Positions 1-8,547 of a DNA stretch of 64,000 bases are shown in pieces. The position numbers and the translations under genes were made by a program. Source of the stretch: Candidatus Saccharimonadales bacterium (GTDB lineage Bacteria; Patescibacteriota; Saccharimonadia; QS-5-54-17); contig JBBDUI010000002.1 in NCBI GenBank assembly GCA_040903985.1, positions 454,038 to 518,037 of the forward strand, read 5' to 3'. How positions within the stretch are numbered: position 1 is the first letter of the stretch; every line of letters starts with the position of its first letter. Under the pieces are notes generated by a model. The model was given only the letters and a program-made list of their open reading frames with translations. It was not told where the DNA came from and ran no database searches.

Positions 1-669
1 GTGGTTAACTCCTTTTGGGATATGGAGACCTCCGGCCTGACAACCAGCGCCGGCGGGGAAGGCAAGTCTACAGCTGATATGCTAGATGTCGCTACGTATA
101 CCACAGATCTGGCTAGTGCGGCTTGGGATTTCGATATGATTTGGCGTATCGATCCTTTATTTAACGATGGCTATCCTTACCTTTGGTGGCAGGCTGTCGA
201 GCCGGATCCGGAGTTGCACCGCTACGGTTTTACCAATCCGATTACCGGCAACTATGTAGTTCTAGAGGCCGACGTCGGTTGTGAGATTATCTCAGCTACT
301 ATGACACCTGAGACCAGTAATCAGCTAAAGGACGTGGCTTTCGATTACCCTCACGGTTTAATGAATTTTGTAATCGATTGCCGCACGCCGGGCTATACGA
401 CTACAATCACGCAGTATCACTACGATGTAGTTGGGGAGTACAATCTGCGTAAATATGATCCTAATATTCCCGCCTATTTTACGGTGAGTGATTCGACTCT
501 AACGGCCACTACTAACTCTGGACAGCCAGTCCTAGTAGTAGTTCACCAGGTGACGGATGGCGGCGAGCTCGATATCGATAGTATAAGCGATGGTATCATC
601 ACCGACCCGATCGGCCTGGCCGTTAATGTAGTCGGGGTACCTAATACTGGCCTCGGTGGGGGCAGGTAA
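1..669 (+). CDS. hypothetical secreted/surface protein, C-terminal part (5' end outside window); C-terminus contains VPNTG
   Basis: ORF open from the window edge, with no database-recognisable motifs. It ends GVPNTGLGGGR and sits directly upstream of, and overlapping, a sortase gene. Confidence 0.4.
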   Translation: MVNSFWDMETSGLTTSAGGEGKSTADMLDVATYTTDLASAAWDFDMIWRIDPLFNDGYPYLWWQAVEPDPELHRYGFTNPITGNYVVLEADVGCEIISATMTPETSNQLKDVAFDYPHGLMNFVIDCRTPGYTTTITQYHYDVVGEYNLRKYDPNIPAYFTVSDSTLTATTNSGQPVLVVVHQVTDGGELDIDSISDGIITDPIGLAVNVVGVPNTGLGGGR

Positions 670-1324
670 TGATTTGGTAGTCCAGTCTAAGTTATCCCCG
701 CTGCAGTCCGAAACCGTGATAAGTCTGGTGCTAATTTTACTCACTGTAGTTGTGCTAGGTTACTTACCTTCGCCCAACACGACCAGCGAGGCCACGGCCC
801 CTACGCCCCTTACTTATTCGACCGATCGGCCGAGCGAAGAGCGGCCCACTAAGGACCGTTACCAGTGGCGCGGTGGGGCGGCAGACCCTAAATATATCGA
901 GCTACCGACCATTAAGAGCGAAGGCTTCATCCAGCCGGTGGGCGTAGACCAATATGAGCAAGTCGCGGTACCGGACAACATTCACCTGGCCGGCTGGTTC
1001 AGCGAGAGCGTACGGCCAGGTAAGCCAGGGTTGAGCATTATCGACGGACACGTCGATGGTCGCAGCAGTGACGGTATATTCAAACGGCTGGCTCAGTTAG
1101 CGGTGGGGGACAACTACAATATCGAGCTTGGTGATGGACGCAAAGTGTCGTTTAAGGTTACTGCCGTGCAAACAGTCGCTACTCACGCTGCTGCCGATGT
1201 ATTGTTCTCGCAGAGCCCCGGTATCAAACGTCAGCTTAACTTAATCACTTGCGGGGGTAGCTTTGACTCCGGCGCACGGGAGTATGAGCAGAGGGTGATC
1301 GTTAGCTCAGAAGCGCAGCTTTAA
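656..1324 (+). CDS. sortase family transpeptidase (class E/F-like)
   Basis: N-terminal TM anchor (ISLVLILLTVVVLGYL), then a catalytic domain with a conserved His region (IIDGHVDG) and the active-site motif LNLITCGG (TLxTC-type). Confidence 0.7.
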   Translation: MGAGNDLVVQSKLSPLQSETVISLVLILLTVVVLGYLPSPNTTSEATAPTPLTYSTDRPSEERPTKDRYQWRGGAADPKYIELPTIKSEGFIQPVGVDQYEQVAVPDNIHLAGWFSESVRPGKPGLSIIDGHVDGRSSDGIFKRLAQLAVGDNYNIELGDGRKVSFKVTAVQTVATHAAADVLFSQSPGIKRQLNLITCGGSFDSGAREYEQRVIVSSEAQL

Positions 1325-1338
1325 TATTTATAAGTACA

Positions 1339-1367
1339 TTGACAATATGTCAAGCTTATGCTAATAT
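1339..1367 (+). promoter_or_regulatory. sigma70-like promoter TTGACA-17 nt-TAATAT; the -35 lies in the inverted repeat TTGACA-N3-TGTCAA
   Basis: TTGACA at 1339-1344 and TAATAT at 1362-1367 with a 17-nt spacer. An SD (GAAAGGA) and ATG at 1406 follow. Confidence 0.45.
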
Positions 1368-1405
1368 CTAAGAACAATCAACTTAAAACAAACAGAAAGG
1401 AATCG

Positions 1406-1645
1406 ATGGAAACACTAACGCAAACTAACGCAGATAATTTAGAACTAAATGATCCTGATCGTGTAGCGGAAGGAGCCGCCGATCGCGCCGAAGCCGATGG
1501 TCGCTGGGCGGCCTGGGCTGAGAGTCACGGAACGGAATTCCAGTCTCCTACTGACGCACCTGGCTCTGGGGAGCAGGAGCAGTCCGAACTTAGTCTAGCT
1601 AGCTCTGATAGGGATAGCACTGGGGTCGAAGAGCTAACTCAGTAG
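1406..1645 (+). CDS. small acidic hypothetical protein (start moved to the internal ATG that has an SD)
   Basis: The track ORF 1358-1645 begins inside the promoter -10. The internal METLTQ start at 1406 is preceded by GAAAGGA. The protein is acidic and low-complexity. Confidence 0.4.
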   Translation: METLTQTNADNLELNDPDRVAEGAADRAEADGRWAAWAESHGTEFQSPTDAPGSGEQEQSELSLASSDRDSTGVEELTQ

Positions 1646-1664
1646 GACACTTGGAACTTACCCT

Positions 1665-1692
1665 AAAGGGGCCGGACATTCGGTCCCTTTTT
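1665..1692. terminator. rho-independent (bidirectional) terminator hairpin
   Basis: AAAGGGGCCG-GACATT-CGGTCCCTTT gives a 10-bp stem followed by TTTTT. It sits between convergent genes. Confidence 0.5.
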
Positions 1693-1729
1693 AGTTTGGT
1701 TAGATAATTGCGATTACTTAACCGCCAAA

Positions 1730-2425
1730 CTAGTCCTGATAGAAATAGACGAAGTTGTAGTTACCGTAATAGTAGTTGCCATCCAGTGCCGGTACCCAGG
1801 CGCTGTCGACGCGGTGGGGCGTATAGCTGTACAGTGCCGCTGTAGCGCAACTGCCGAGTCGGGTAGCCCGACCATCGATCATGGTAACGTGGCCGCGATA
1901 CCAGCGCGGTGCGACTCTCCAGCCTAGCCAGCTCGTTTTATCTCCACAGGCACGGTCATAACCGACGCGTAGTAGGGTGGCACCGAGCTGGATCTGATTA
2001 GAAAACCCGAAGAAGTCGGCCGCACAGTCTGCCCCATCCGGGCAGCCATAGCCCATGGCCGTCCGGTACTGCCAGGTTTGAGGGTCTTTGGCCGTGACCA
2101 GGGAGTTTTCTTTCTGTAGGGTTATCAGGATAACCTGGGGGTTGAGGCCGATCTCTGCAGCGGTGGTGGCGATAATCTCCGCCGCTGTCCGCCCGGTAGT
2201 TGGATCTTGGTAGCTCTTCAGACATAAGCTACCTTCACAGTCAGCCCCCTTAGCCTCTAGAAAGTTCTGGATGGCGGTGGCATTAAAGCTAAGGTCACTA
2301 GTGAAAAACCGGTCATCGATGATGTGGTGGGTGTGAGCAGGCTCGACTCGAGGCGAAATAGCGTTTATACCGCTAGGGTTAGGTAGAAGGAGCGCTAGGA
2401 TTAGTAGGAGAGTTGGCTTCCACAT
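1730..2425 (-). CDS. secreted hypothetical protein (signal peptide, several Cys)
   Basis: N-terminal MWKPTLLLILALLLPNPSG signal-like segment. No recognisable catalytic motifs. Confidence 0.45.
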   Translation of the reverse strand: MWKPTLLLILALLLPNPSGINAISPRVEPAHTHHIIDDRFFTSDLSFNATAIQNFLEAKGADCEGSLCLKSYQDPTTGRTAAEIIATTAAEIGLNPQVILITLQKENSLVTAKDPQTWQYRTAMGYGCPDGADCAADFFGFSNQIQLGATLLRVGYDRACGDKTSWLGWRVAPRWYRGHVTMIDGRATRLGSCATAALYSYTPHRVDSAWVPALDGNYYYGNYNFVYFYQD

Positions 2426-2620
2426 AATCTAATTATACGTTTCTTGTCTTAATTAAGTTGGATTAAACTTCTTCCTATCTGTCCGCCCTAAAATTAGCCG
2501 ACAGCAAGTACCTCCCTAGTCGCTGGCACCCGCTATGCGGTATTATAGGGGTAGTGAACGCTTACGGTTAAAGTTAATATTCATGCTACAAACGTTAGCT
2601 AAGAAGGTAGTAGTATCATA

Positions 2621-2971
2621 ATGAGTAAGTTCAGATTTAAGCGTACTAAGACCAGCAGGCCGACAGCTCAAGCGGCGCTGAATTGGAGCGGTCTGCAACC
2701 TTTAGCAGATGAAACGCCGGGCTATCTATTCGACACGACTGAACCACTCGAGAGGGTGGAGCCAACGACTCCAAGTGAGACAGTCGGTCGTAGTGGTCTG
2801 CAGCCAATTTTTATTGATTCAATCGGTACTTCAGCTACCTCAAGCACTATCTCCGATCTGCCTCCTTCTAGTCCCCCTCGACCAGTCCATAACCCGGAGC
2901 CGTCGCCACAGACTACCCCGCCACCCACTCGGCCAGCGTGGCGACCGCATCGTCTAGACGGACTGTCTTAG
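2621..2971 (+). CDS. hypothetical Pro/Ser/Thr-rich protein
   Basis: ORF only. Low-complexity proline-rich C-terminus and a weak RBS. Confidence 0.25.
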   Translation: MSKFRFKRTKTSRPTAQAALNWSGLQPLADETPGYLFDTTEPLERVEPTTPSETVGRSGLQPIFIDSIGTSATSSTISDLPPSSPPRPVHNPEPSPQTTPPPTRPAWRPHRLDGLS

Positions 2972-3014
2972 CTTAATATCTGAGTTGGTCCGTTAGCTTT
3001 GTTATACTGGGGCC

Positions 3015-3824
3015 ATGAGAAAGCTACGTCTTATAAGCGGTGTAATCCTAGTCTTTGCAGCTCTAGCATACGGTAGTTGGTGGTATACCGATCAGGCTAA
3101 CACTGCCACGGCTAATTCTCGGCCAACAAGTGACGTTACTATTACGGCTAGCCAAGCCGAGCAGTGGGTGGCCGCTTGGTATGCGGCTGACCTAGCCGCC
3201 GCAGAACTTCTGACCACTCCGCCGGCTATTACCGGTGATAATGCAGCCGATACGCGCATTCAGCAACTAGCTGAGCGCCGTGGTTATCGCCTCCAGCCTG
3301 TAGCGGAGGGCGAGTTGGTCGAGTATGAAGGGGTGGAGCTACAGCCGGTGGTGATCCCGGCATGGAAAGAGCTAAGAGCTATAGCTGAGGCCGAGGGTTT
3401 ACGTCTCGGTCTGGCAGCCGGTTACAGCTCGATCGAGACAGAGCGTCAGCTGTTCTTAGCCGAACTAGAGGCGCGGGCAGAGGCACTTATCGGCCGAAGT
3501 TATACCTCGGCTCAGATTGCTAGTGGTACGGCCGATGTCATAATTAACGATATCCTGCGCTCTCAGCCCGCGCCGGGCTACTCGAAACATCACGCTGGTT
3601 ATGCTATAGATATTAGCGACTTGAGCCTAGAGGGCTCTGAGCTCAATTTTCGTGATGGTCCGGTCTATGCTTGGTTAGCAGCCGATGCTTATGCTAACGC
3701 TCGGCGCTTCGGTTTTCTACCTAGCTATCCGGCTGGTGGGCCAAGTCAGGAACTGGATAGGGGTGAGCCAAATGAGTTTATCTGGGTGGATATAATTTGC
3801 ATCAATGCGGAGTGTAGCGAATAG
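3015..3824 (+). CDS. D-alanyl-D-alanine carboxypeptidase, VanY/peptidase M15B-like, membrane anchored
   Basis: N-terminal TM segment. SKHHAGYAIDI matches the SxHxxGxAxD zinc-binding motif of VanY/LAS-family peptidases. Confidence 0.7.
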   Translation: MRKLRLISGVILVFAALAYGSWWYTDQANTATANSRPTSDVTITASQAEQWVAAWYAADLAAAELLTTPPAITGDNAADTRIQQLAERRGYRLQPVAEGELVEYEGVELQPVVIPAWKELRAIAEAEGLRLGLAAGYSSIETERQLFLAELEARAEALIGRSYTSAQIASGTADVIINDILRSQPAPGYSKHHAGYAIDISDLSLEGSELNFRDGPVYAWLAADAYANARRFGFLPSYPAGGPSQELDRGEPNEFIWVDIICINAECSE

Positions 3825-3916
3825 ATCCCGAGGGATTGCTGTGTGGCTAGGGGATAGTTTACTTGCTGTTATGGATTATATATTGTATAGTAACTTAAGA
3901 TAAGAGGTTACAAGCT

Positions 3917-4201
3917 ATGTCAACGCCTGAAGGATTGAGCAACGAAACATATTCGGATCCTATAATAGTTACAGGAGATTTAGACCCCTCGCAATTGCCC
4001 GGTGCGTTAAAATCGGGTCTATTAGGGAGGACTGCATGCCTACCTTTCTCAGAAGGTCGTAGTCCAGCTTCGGTTGAAAAAGAACTTGAAGTCTACGCTG
4101 CAGTATCTACTTCTTGGACCATTAATGAAACTAAAATTACTGCCGATAGTAAGTGTCCTCGTTGGCGTAAATGTTCAGATTGTCCTAACGCTAATTCGTA
4201 A
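3917..4201 (+). CDS. hypothetical small protein
   Basis: ORF followed by a strong hairpin. No recognisable motifs. Confidence 0.3.
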   Translation: MSTPEGLSNETYSDPIIVTGDLDPSQLPGALKSGLLGRTACLPFSEGRSPASVEKELEVYAAVSTSWTINETKITADSKCPRWRKCSDCPNANS

Positions 4202-4243
4202 GCTCATACAGTTGTTAGGAGTATATTAATTCCATAAATAACA

Positions 4244-4269
4244 AACCTCCGCTAAAAAGCGGAGGTTTG
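4244..4269. terminator. bidirectional terminator hairpin
   Basis: AAACCTCCGC-TAAAAA-GCGGAGGTTT, a perfect 10-bp stem between convergent genes. Confidence 0.5.
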
Positions 4270-4291
4270 TCTTAGCTTTAAGCTTAAAGGC

Positions 4292-4540
4292 TTATTGCTT
4301 AGGTCGAGCGAGGTCAACCCGTAGGTTGCGGCCTTCAAACTCTTTTTCGTTCAACTGAGCAACGGCTGCTTCAGCTTCTTCATCGCTGGACATTTCCACG
4401 AATCCGAATCCCTTTGAGCGTCCGGTCTCACGGTCAGTGATGACCGCTACTGAAACGACAGTTCCAGCTTGAGCGAAGTGCTCTCCGAGGGCTTCCTCAG
4501 TTGTTCGATACGGCAGATTGCCGACATATAGTTTTGCCAT
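4292..4540 (-). CDS. RNA-binding protein with a single RRM (RNP-1/RNP-2) domain
   Basis: LYVGNLPY (RNP-2) and KGFGFVEM (RNP-1) motifs. About 82 aa. Confidence 0.8.
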   Translation of the reverse strand: MAKLYVGNLPYRTTEEALGEHFAQAGTVVSVAVITDRETGRSKGFGFVEMSSDEEAEAAVAQLNEKEFEGRNLRVDLARPKQ

Positions 4541-4724
4541 TATTTGGCTCCTTTTTAATTAGCGCTAACTCGTTCGGTTCGGTGTTAGGCTAATGAGAGC
4601 CAATAACGATACGCGAGACCTTTAAGTCAGTCGAGCTTATTGTAGGTGTTTTATAGCGGTTTGGCAAGCAAGTTATTTCTGGACTAATTGCCGCTAGTCT
4701 CAAAGGCGGTATATATAGCCCAAC

Positions 4725-6203
4725 CTAGGGGTTAGATTGCTGCAGCCAAGTAGTAGCGAATTTGTGCGCCTCCTCGGCATTATCAATCTCGTGGTTAAGG
4801 TAGGCGTCCTCGAGGGCCATTAGCACTTCGCCAAGAAGTGGGCCCGGGGAGAGATCGAACTGCTGCTGCAGCCATTTGCCATCGATACCAAGGTCGTCCT
4901 TCAGCGAAGGGGGGTGGGTTTTACGCTGTCGCTGGAACTCCTGCCAGAGCCGCTCTAAGCGGCTAAAGTCCCCGGGACCATCATCGATCACGCCACTGGC
5001 GGTCTTGCTCCAAGCGGCATGGGCGTCGGCCCGATGTAGCTCCAGGAGATCTGCAAAAGCGGAATGGTGCATAAAGTTCTCCGCTCGTCGCGGCCGCATC
5101 TGAGGCAGCTCATCGATAGCTAGATGGTAATGAATCATCCAAGCCACCTCGGATTGAAAGCTGGTAGAAAAACGCAGCCGCTCAAGTACCGTGCGGGCTA
5201 GCTCGGCTCCTAGACGGTGGTGGTCATCGAATCGAATTCGGTCGCCGGTCTCACTCTGACTGCGATAAGACGGAACCTTACCGATGTCATGTAGTAGAGT
5301 CGCCCAGGCCAGGCGGGGCGAAACGATATCAGGTAGATAGCCGATACTAAGCAAGCTATGGGTAAATACGTCGCCTTCGGCGTGCAGATTGTCCGGTTGA
5401 GGTACGGCTTTAGTGGCGGATAGTTCGGGTAGTAGCTGTTCTAACCCGCCCAACCGATCGAGCTCTTCAATCGCCTGACGACGGCTAGGGTGCATTAGTA
5501 GTCGGCTGAGTTCAAATTTAACCCGATCGACGGCGATATCGGCAAGTTTGCCGTGAGCTATAGCTGTTTGGAGGGCAGTTTCCGTCTGGGGGTCGAAACT
5601 GAAATCGAGCTGAACCTTAAGTCGGATACCGCGGAGAATGCGCAGCGGGTCCTCTTGAATTCGCTGCTCTGGGTCGCCGATGAAGCGGACTACTTTACGG
5701 CCAAGGTCTTCGATACCCCCGGTCTGGTCGACTACTTGGTCGCTAATGGGGTCAAGCGCTAGAGCGTTAATAGTAAAGTCGCGGCGCTGCAGATCGTCAA
5801 TTAGGGAAGCGAAAGCAATCTTGGTTTGAGTGCGTCCTAGGTGCGCTTCGATATCCTGCCGGTAGGTAGCTATCTCGAGCTCGATCTCATGCGTGCTAGA
5901 GCTGTCGGCCTTCGGGACAGAGACGTAGACGCGCGTCACCCCGTAGGCTTGGGCAGTATCTTTGTAGTGAGAGCGCACAAACTCAGGACAAGCTAGGATG
6001 TCTTCCGGTCGGGCATTAGTGGCTAGGTCGAAATCCTTTGGGGTGCGTCCGAGTAGGATATCCCGGACGGCACCGCCGATGATGTAAGCCTCAAACCCGG
6101 CACTATTTAAGATATCGGCCGCTCGCCGGGCGGCCGCATAGTGGGGCCAGTCGGTTTCAGGGTGGTTATGCAGGGCTGTATCCATAGTGTCATTGTACCG
6201 CAC
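4725..6203 (-). CDS. cca: CCA tRNA nucleotidyltransferase / poly(A) polymerase family with C-terminal HD domain
   Basis: GGAVRDILLGRTPKDFDLATNARP head-domain motif. An HD-type C-terminal region is present (HD..H..HD pattern). Confidence 0.75.
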   Translation of the reverse strand: MRYNDTMDTALHNHPETDWPHYAAARRAADILNSAGFEAYIIGGAVRDILLGRTPKDFDLATNARPEDILACPEFVRSHYKDTAQAYGVTRVYVSVPKADSSSTHEIELEIATYRQDIEAHLGRTQTKIAFASLIDDLQRRDFTINALALDPISDQVVDQTGGIEDLGRKVVRFIGDPEQRIQEDPLRILRGIRLKVQLDFSFDPQTETALQTAIAHGKLADIAVDRVKFELSRLLMHPSRRQAIEELDRLGGLEQLLPELSATKAVPQPDNLHAEGDVFTHSLLSIGYLPDIVSPRLAWATLLHDIGKVPSYRSQSETGDRIRFDDHHRLGAELARTVLERLRFSTSFQSEVAWMIHYHLAIDELPQMRPRRAENFMHHSAFADLLELHRADAHAAWSKTASGVIDDGPGDFSRLERLWQEFQRQRKTHPPSLKDDLGIDGKWLQQQFDLSPGPLLGEVLMALEDAYLNHEIDNAEEAHKFATTWLQQSNP

Positions 6204-6536
6204 AACCCTTGTGCTTATATGCCACGTAGCAGCAGAGATAAGAGAGTTGTGTCCCAGACTGTATAATCATATTATGTCGCACAGTCATAAGGTATTCGTA
6301 GCTACTATGATGGCTATAGTAGTGGCCAGTGTAGCGGCCTATCTCCTACTTGATGAGGGGTGGTTTCAGGCTTTACTGCCGTTTTCTATCAATCAGCGGG
6401 TCGAGACATTTAGTGTGTTTGCCGTCTTCTTTATCTTCATTTTTGACGTTTTGGTATTTGCTATCGAGACACCGGTTAGCCAACGCACTAAGTAAGTGCT
6501 TGACGAGTATAATCGGCCAGCGTAACGTAGAGTCTT

Positions 6537-7133
6537 ATGGCTCAGCTTATCATCTCATTCTTAGTCTTAATGAATCCGTTCGCGCTTTTTGTCTATCTGT
6601 TGCCGTTAAAGCGGGAGTTAGGGCTGTCAAGCTTTATCCAGATTCTGTTGCGGGCCAGCTTAATCTCTTTCATCATCTATGTCCTCTTTGCTCTATTTGG
6701 ACAGCAGATCTTCAGTACACTATTGAAGATAGACTTTGATTCATTTCGGATCTTCGGTGGAATAGTGGTGGCTAGTTTTGCCCTTAGCTTTATTCTACAA
6801 GGGAAAAAATCGTTGATTACGACTCGTGGCGAGCTATCCTCGATCGCAGCTGAAGTAGCGCTACCGTTTATGGTTGGTGCCGCTACTATTACTCTTAGCA
6901 TCTTAATCGGTCGCTCACTCTCAGTTATAAATGCAATCGCTACCATCGGTGCCGCCATGAGCATTAACGCAATCATCATCGTGCTATTAGCTCTATTCCG
7001 TCAAACTTTAAAGAACCGCATGCTGGAGGTGTTCGATAAGAATATGGATATCGTTTTACGGGTGAACGGTTTTTTTGTCGGCGCCATTGGGGTCGACTTA
7101 ATTATCACTGGTATCCGTGGCTTGACGGGATAG
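6537..7133 (+). CDS. MarC-family (UPF0056) integral membrane protein
   Basis: About 198 aa and polytopic. It has the N-terminal NP-containing first helix typical of the MarC family. Confidence 0.5.
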   Translation: MAQLIISFLVLMNPFALFVYLLPLKRELGLSSFIQILLRASLISFIIYVLFALFGQQIFSTLLKIDFDSFRIFGGIVVASFALSFILQGKKSLITTRGELSSIAAEVALPFMVGAATITLSILIGRSLSVINAIATIGAAMSINAIIIVLLALFRQTLKNRMLEVFDKNMDIVLRVNGFFVGAIGVDLIITGIRGLTG

Positions 7134-7135
7134 CG

Positions 7136-8332
7136 CTACTCTGCTGCCGGCCAGATAGCAGTATCCTCTAGCTCTTGGGGTAGAAAGCCGGCTTCGGGCT
7201 TAAAATCGGCCTGCCACTTATAGTCTTGGCCGTAACCGAGATCTTTCATTAGTTGGGTCGGGGCGTTACGGACATGTAGAGGAACTGGAGCGTCCGGGTA
7301 GGCTTTGGCCGCCTGTAACGCTGCTCCCATGGCATCGGCTACGGCACGGGACTTGGGCGAACGGGCCAGCACACTAGCACAGTGAAAAAGACTGTACTGG
7401 GCTTCCGGCAGACCGATGCGCTCGACCGCTTCGAAAGTTGCTACGGCTAAGTTCAGCGCGCCGTTTACCGCGATACCGATGTCTTCGCTGGCAAATATGA
7501 CCAGACGGCGGGCGATAAATTTGGGATCCTCTCCGGCCGCTAACATGCGGGCTAGATAGTAGAGCGAAGCGTCGATATCACTACCGCGCAGTGATTTTAT
7601 AAAGGCGGAGATAAGGTTGTAGTGCATCTCGCCAGCCTTATCGAAGCCAGGGATACGAGTCTGTGCCGCCGTCTTTACTATCTTTGGGGTCACCTGCTTA
7701 CCCTGACTAATCTGCAGACTTAGTTCTAGGGTGTTAAGAGCGGTCCGAGCGTCTCCGGCTGAGACCTCTACTAGATATTCCAGTCCCTTGGAGCTGAGAC
7801 GGCTAAGCGACTTTAGCCGTTTAGCCGCACTGCGGACGATCGTTTTAATCTCTTCTGGCTTGAGCGGCTCTAGCACTAGTACACGGCTGCGGGAGAGTAG
7901 TGGACGGATAACTTCGAAACTGGGATTCTCAGTGGTAGCACCAATGAGAGTGATAAGCCCGCTTTCTACGTGGGGCAGGAAGGCGTCTTGCTGAGCCTTG
8001 TTGAAGCGATGGATTTCATCGACAAAGAGGATAGTGTTGAGCTGTAAGCGTTGGTTCTCCTCGGCTCGCTTAATCACTTGGCGTACATCTTCCAGTCGAG
8101 CGGTGACTGCACTGACCTCGACAAAATCGGCCTCGGTGATCTGGGCTAGAATGCGGGCCAGTGTCGTCTTGCCACTGCCCGGTGGTCCCCAGAGGATGAG
8201 CGAGCTGAGCTGCTTCTGCTCGGCCAATTGACGGACTAGTCCGTCTGGGCCCAAAAGATGTTCTTGGCCGATAAAGTCGCTTAGCTCCTGTGGGCGCATC
8301 TGTTCAGCTAGTGGGGTGTACGTCGACTCCAT
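7136..8332 (-). CDS. rarA: replication-associated recombination protein A (AAA+ ATPase RarA/MgsA)
   Basis: Walker A LWGPPGSGKTTLA, an AAA+ core, and the characteristic RarA C-terminal domains. Confidence 0.85.
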   Translation of the reverse strand: MESTYTPLAEQMRPQELSDFIGQEHLLGPDGLVRQLAEQKQLSSLILWGPPGSGKTTLARILAQITEADFVEVSAVTARLEDVRQVIKRAEENQRLQLNTILFVDEIHRFNKAQQDAFLPHVESGLITLIGATTENPSFEVIRPLLSRSRVLVLEPLKPEEIKTIVRSAAKRLKSLSRLSSKGLEYLVEVSAGDARTALNTLELSLQISQGKQVTPKIVKTAAQTRIPGFDKAGEMHYNLISAFIKSLRGSDIDASLYYLARMLAAGEDPKFIARRLVIFASEDIGIAVNGALNLAVATFEAVERIGLPEAQYSLFHCASVLARSPKSRAVADAMGAALQAAKAYPDAPVPLHVRNAPTQLMKDLGYGQDYKWQADFKPEAGFLPQELEDTAIWPAAE

Positions 8333-8407
8333 ATCGTCCAGTATAGCATTCCATTCGCTTTATGTTCGCCTAATTCTATACATGCGACCTCCTGCCCCAC
8401 CACCCAA

Positions 8408-8447
8408 AATCTTCAAAAAGTGTCCGATCGGACACTTTTTGAAGATT
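8408..8447. repeat. 40-bp perfect palindrome, copy 1 (AATCTTCAAAAAGTGTCCGATCGGACACTTTTTGAAGATT)
   Basis: Perfectly self-complementary. It lies in the divergent rarA/helicase intergenic region and is immediately followed by TATAAT. Confidence 0.8.
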
Positions 8448-8547
8448 ATTTATAATCCTAGCACTGGCAATGGGTGATAACGTGCTCGAGAGGGTAGGAA
8501 TTAGTAGGGATAGATACGGGTAGGCCATAGTTTATACTAGGCTTTAC

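Noticed and set aside
650-670. Possible fusion of the first ORF with the sortase ORF via the G5 run
   Set aside because: A fusion would place a sorting signal upstream of a sortase catalytic domain in one polypeptide, which is biologically implausible. I treat them as two overlapping genes.
6187-6739. ORFs 6187-6495 and 6350-6739 between cca and the MarC-like gene
   Set aside because: They overlap each other and the MarC start. Their composition is hydrophobic junk with no RBS. The region is more likely the divergent promoter for cca and MarC.
8381-8407. Whether the three palindrome copies share extended flanks (as a MITE with TIRs/TSD would)
   Set aside because: The flanks differ outside the 40-mer apart from a following ATT(A/T). 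That is insufficient to call a transposable element, so the copies are reported only as a repeat family.
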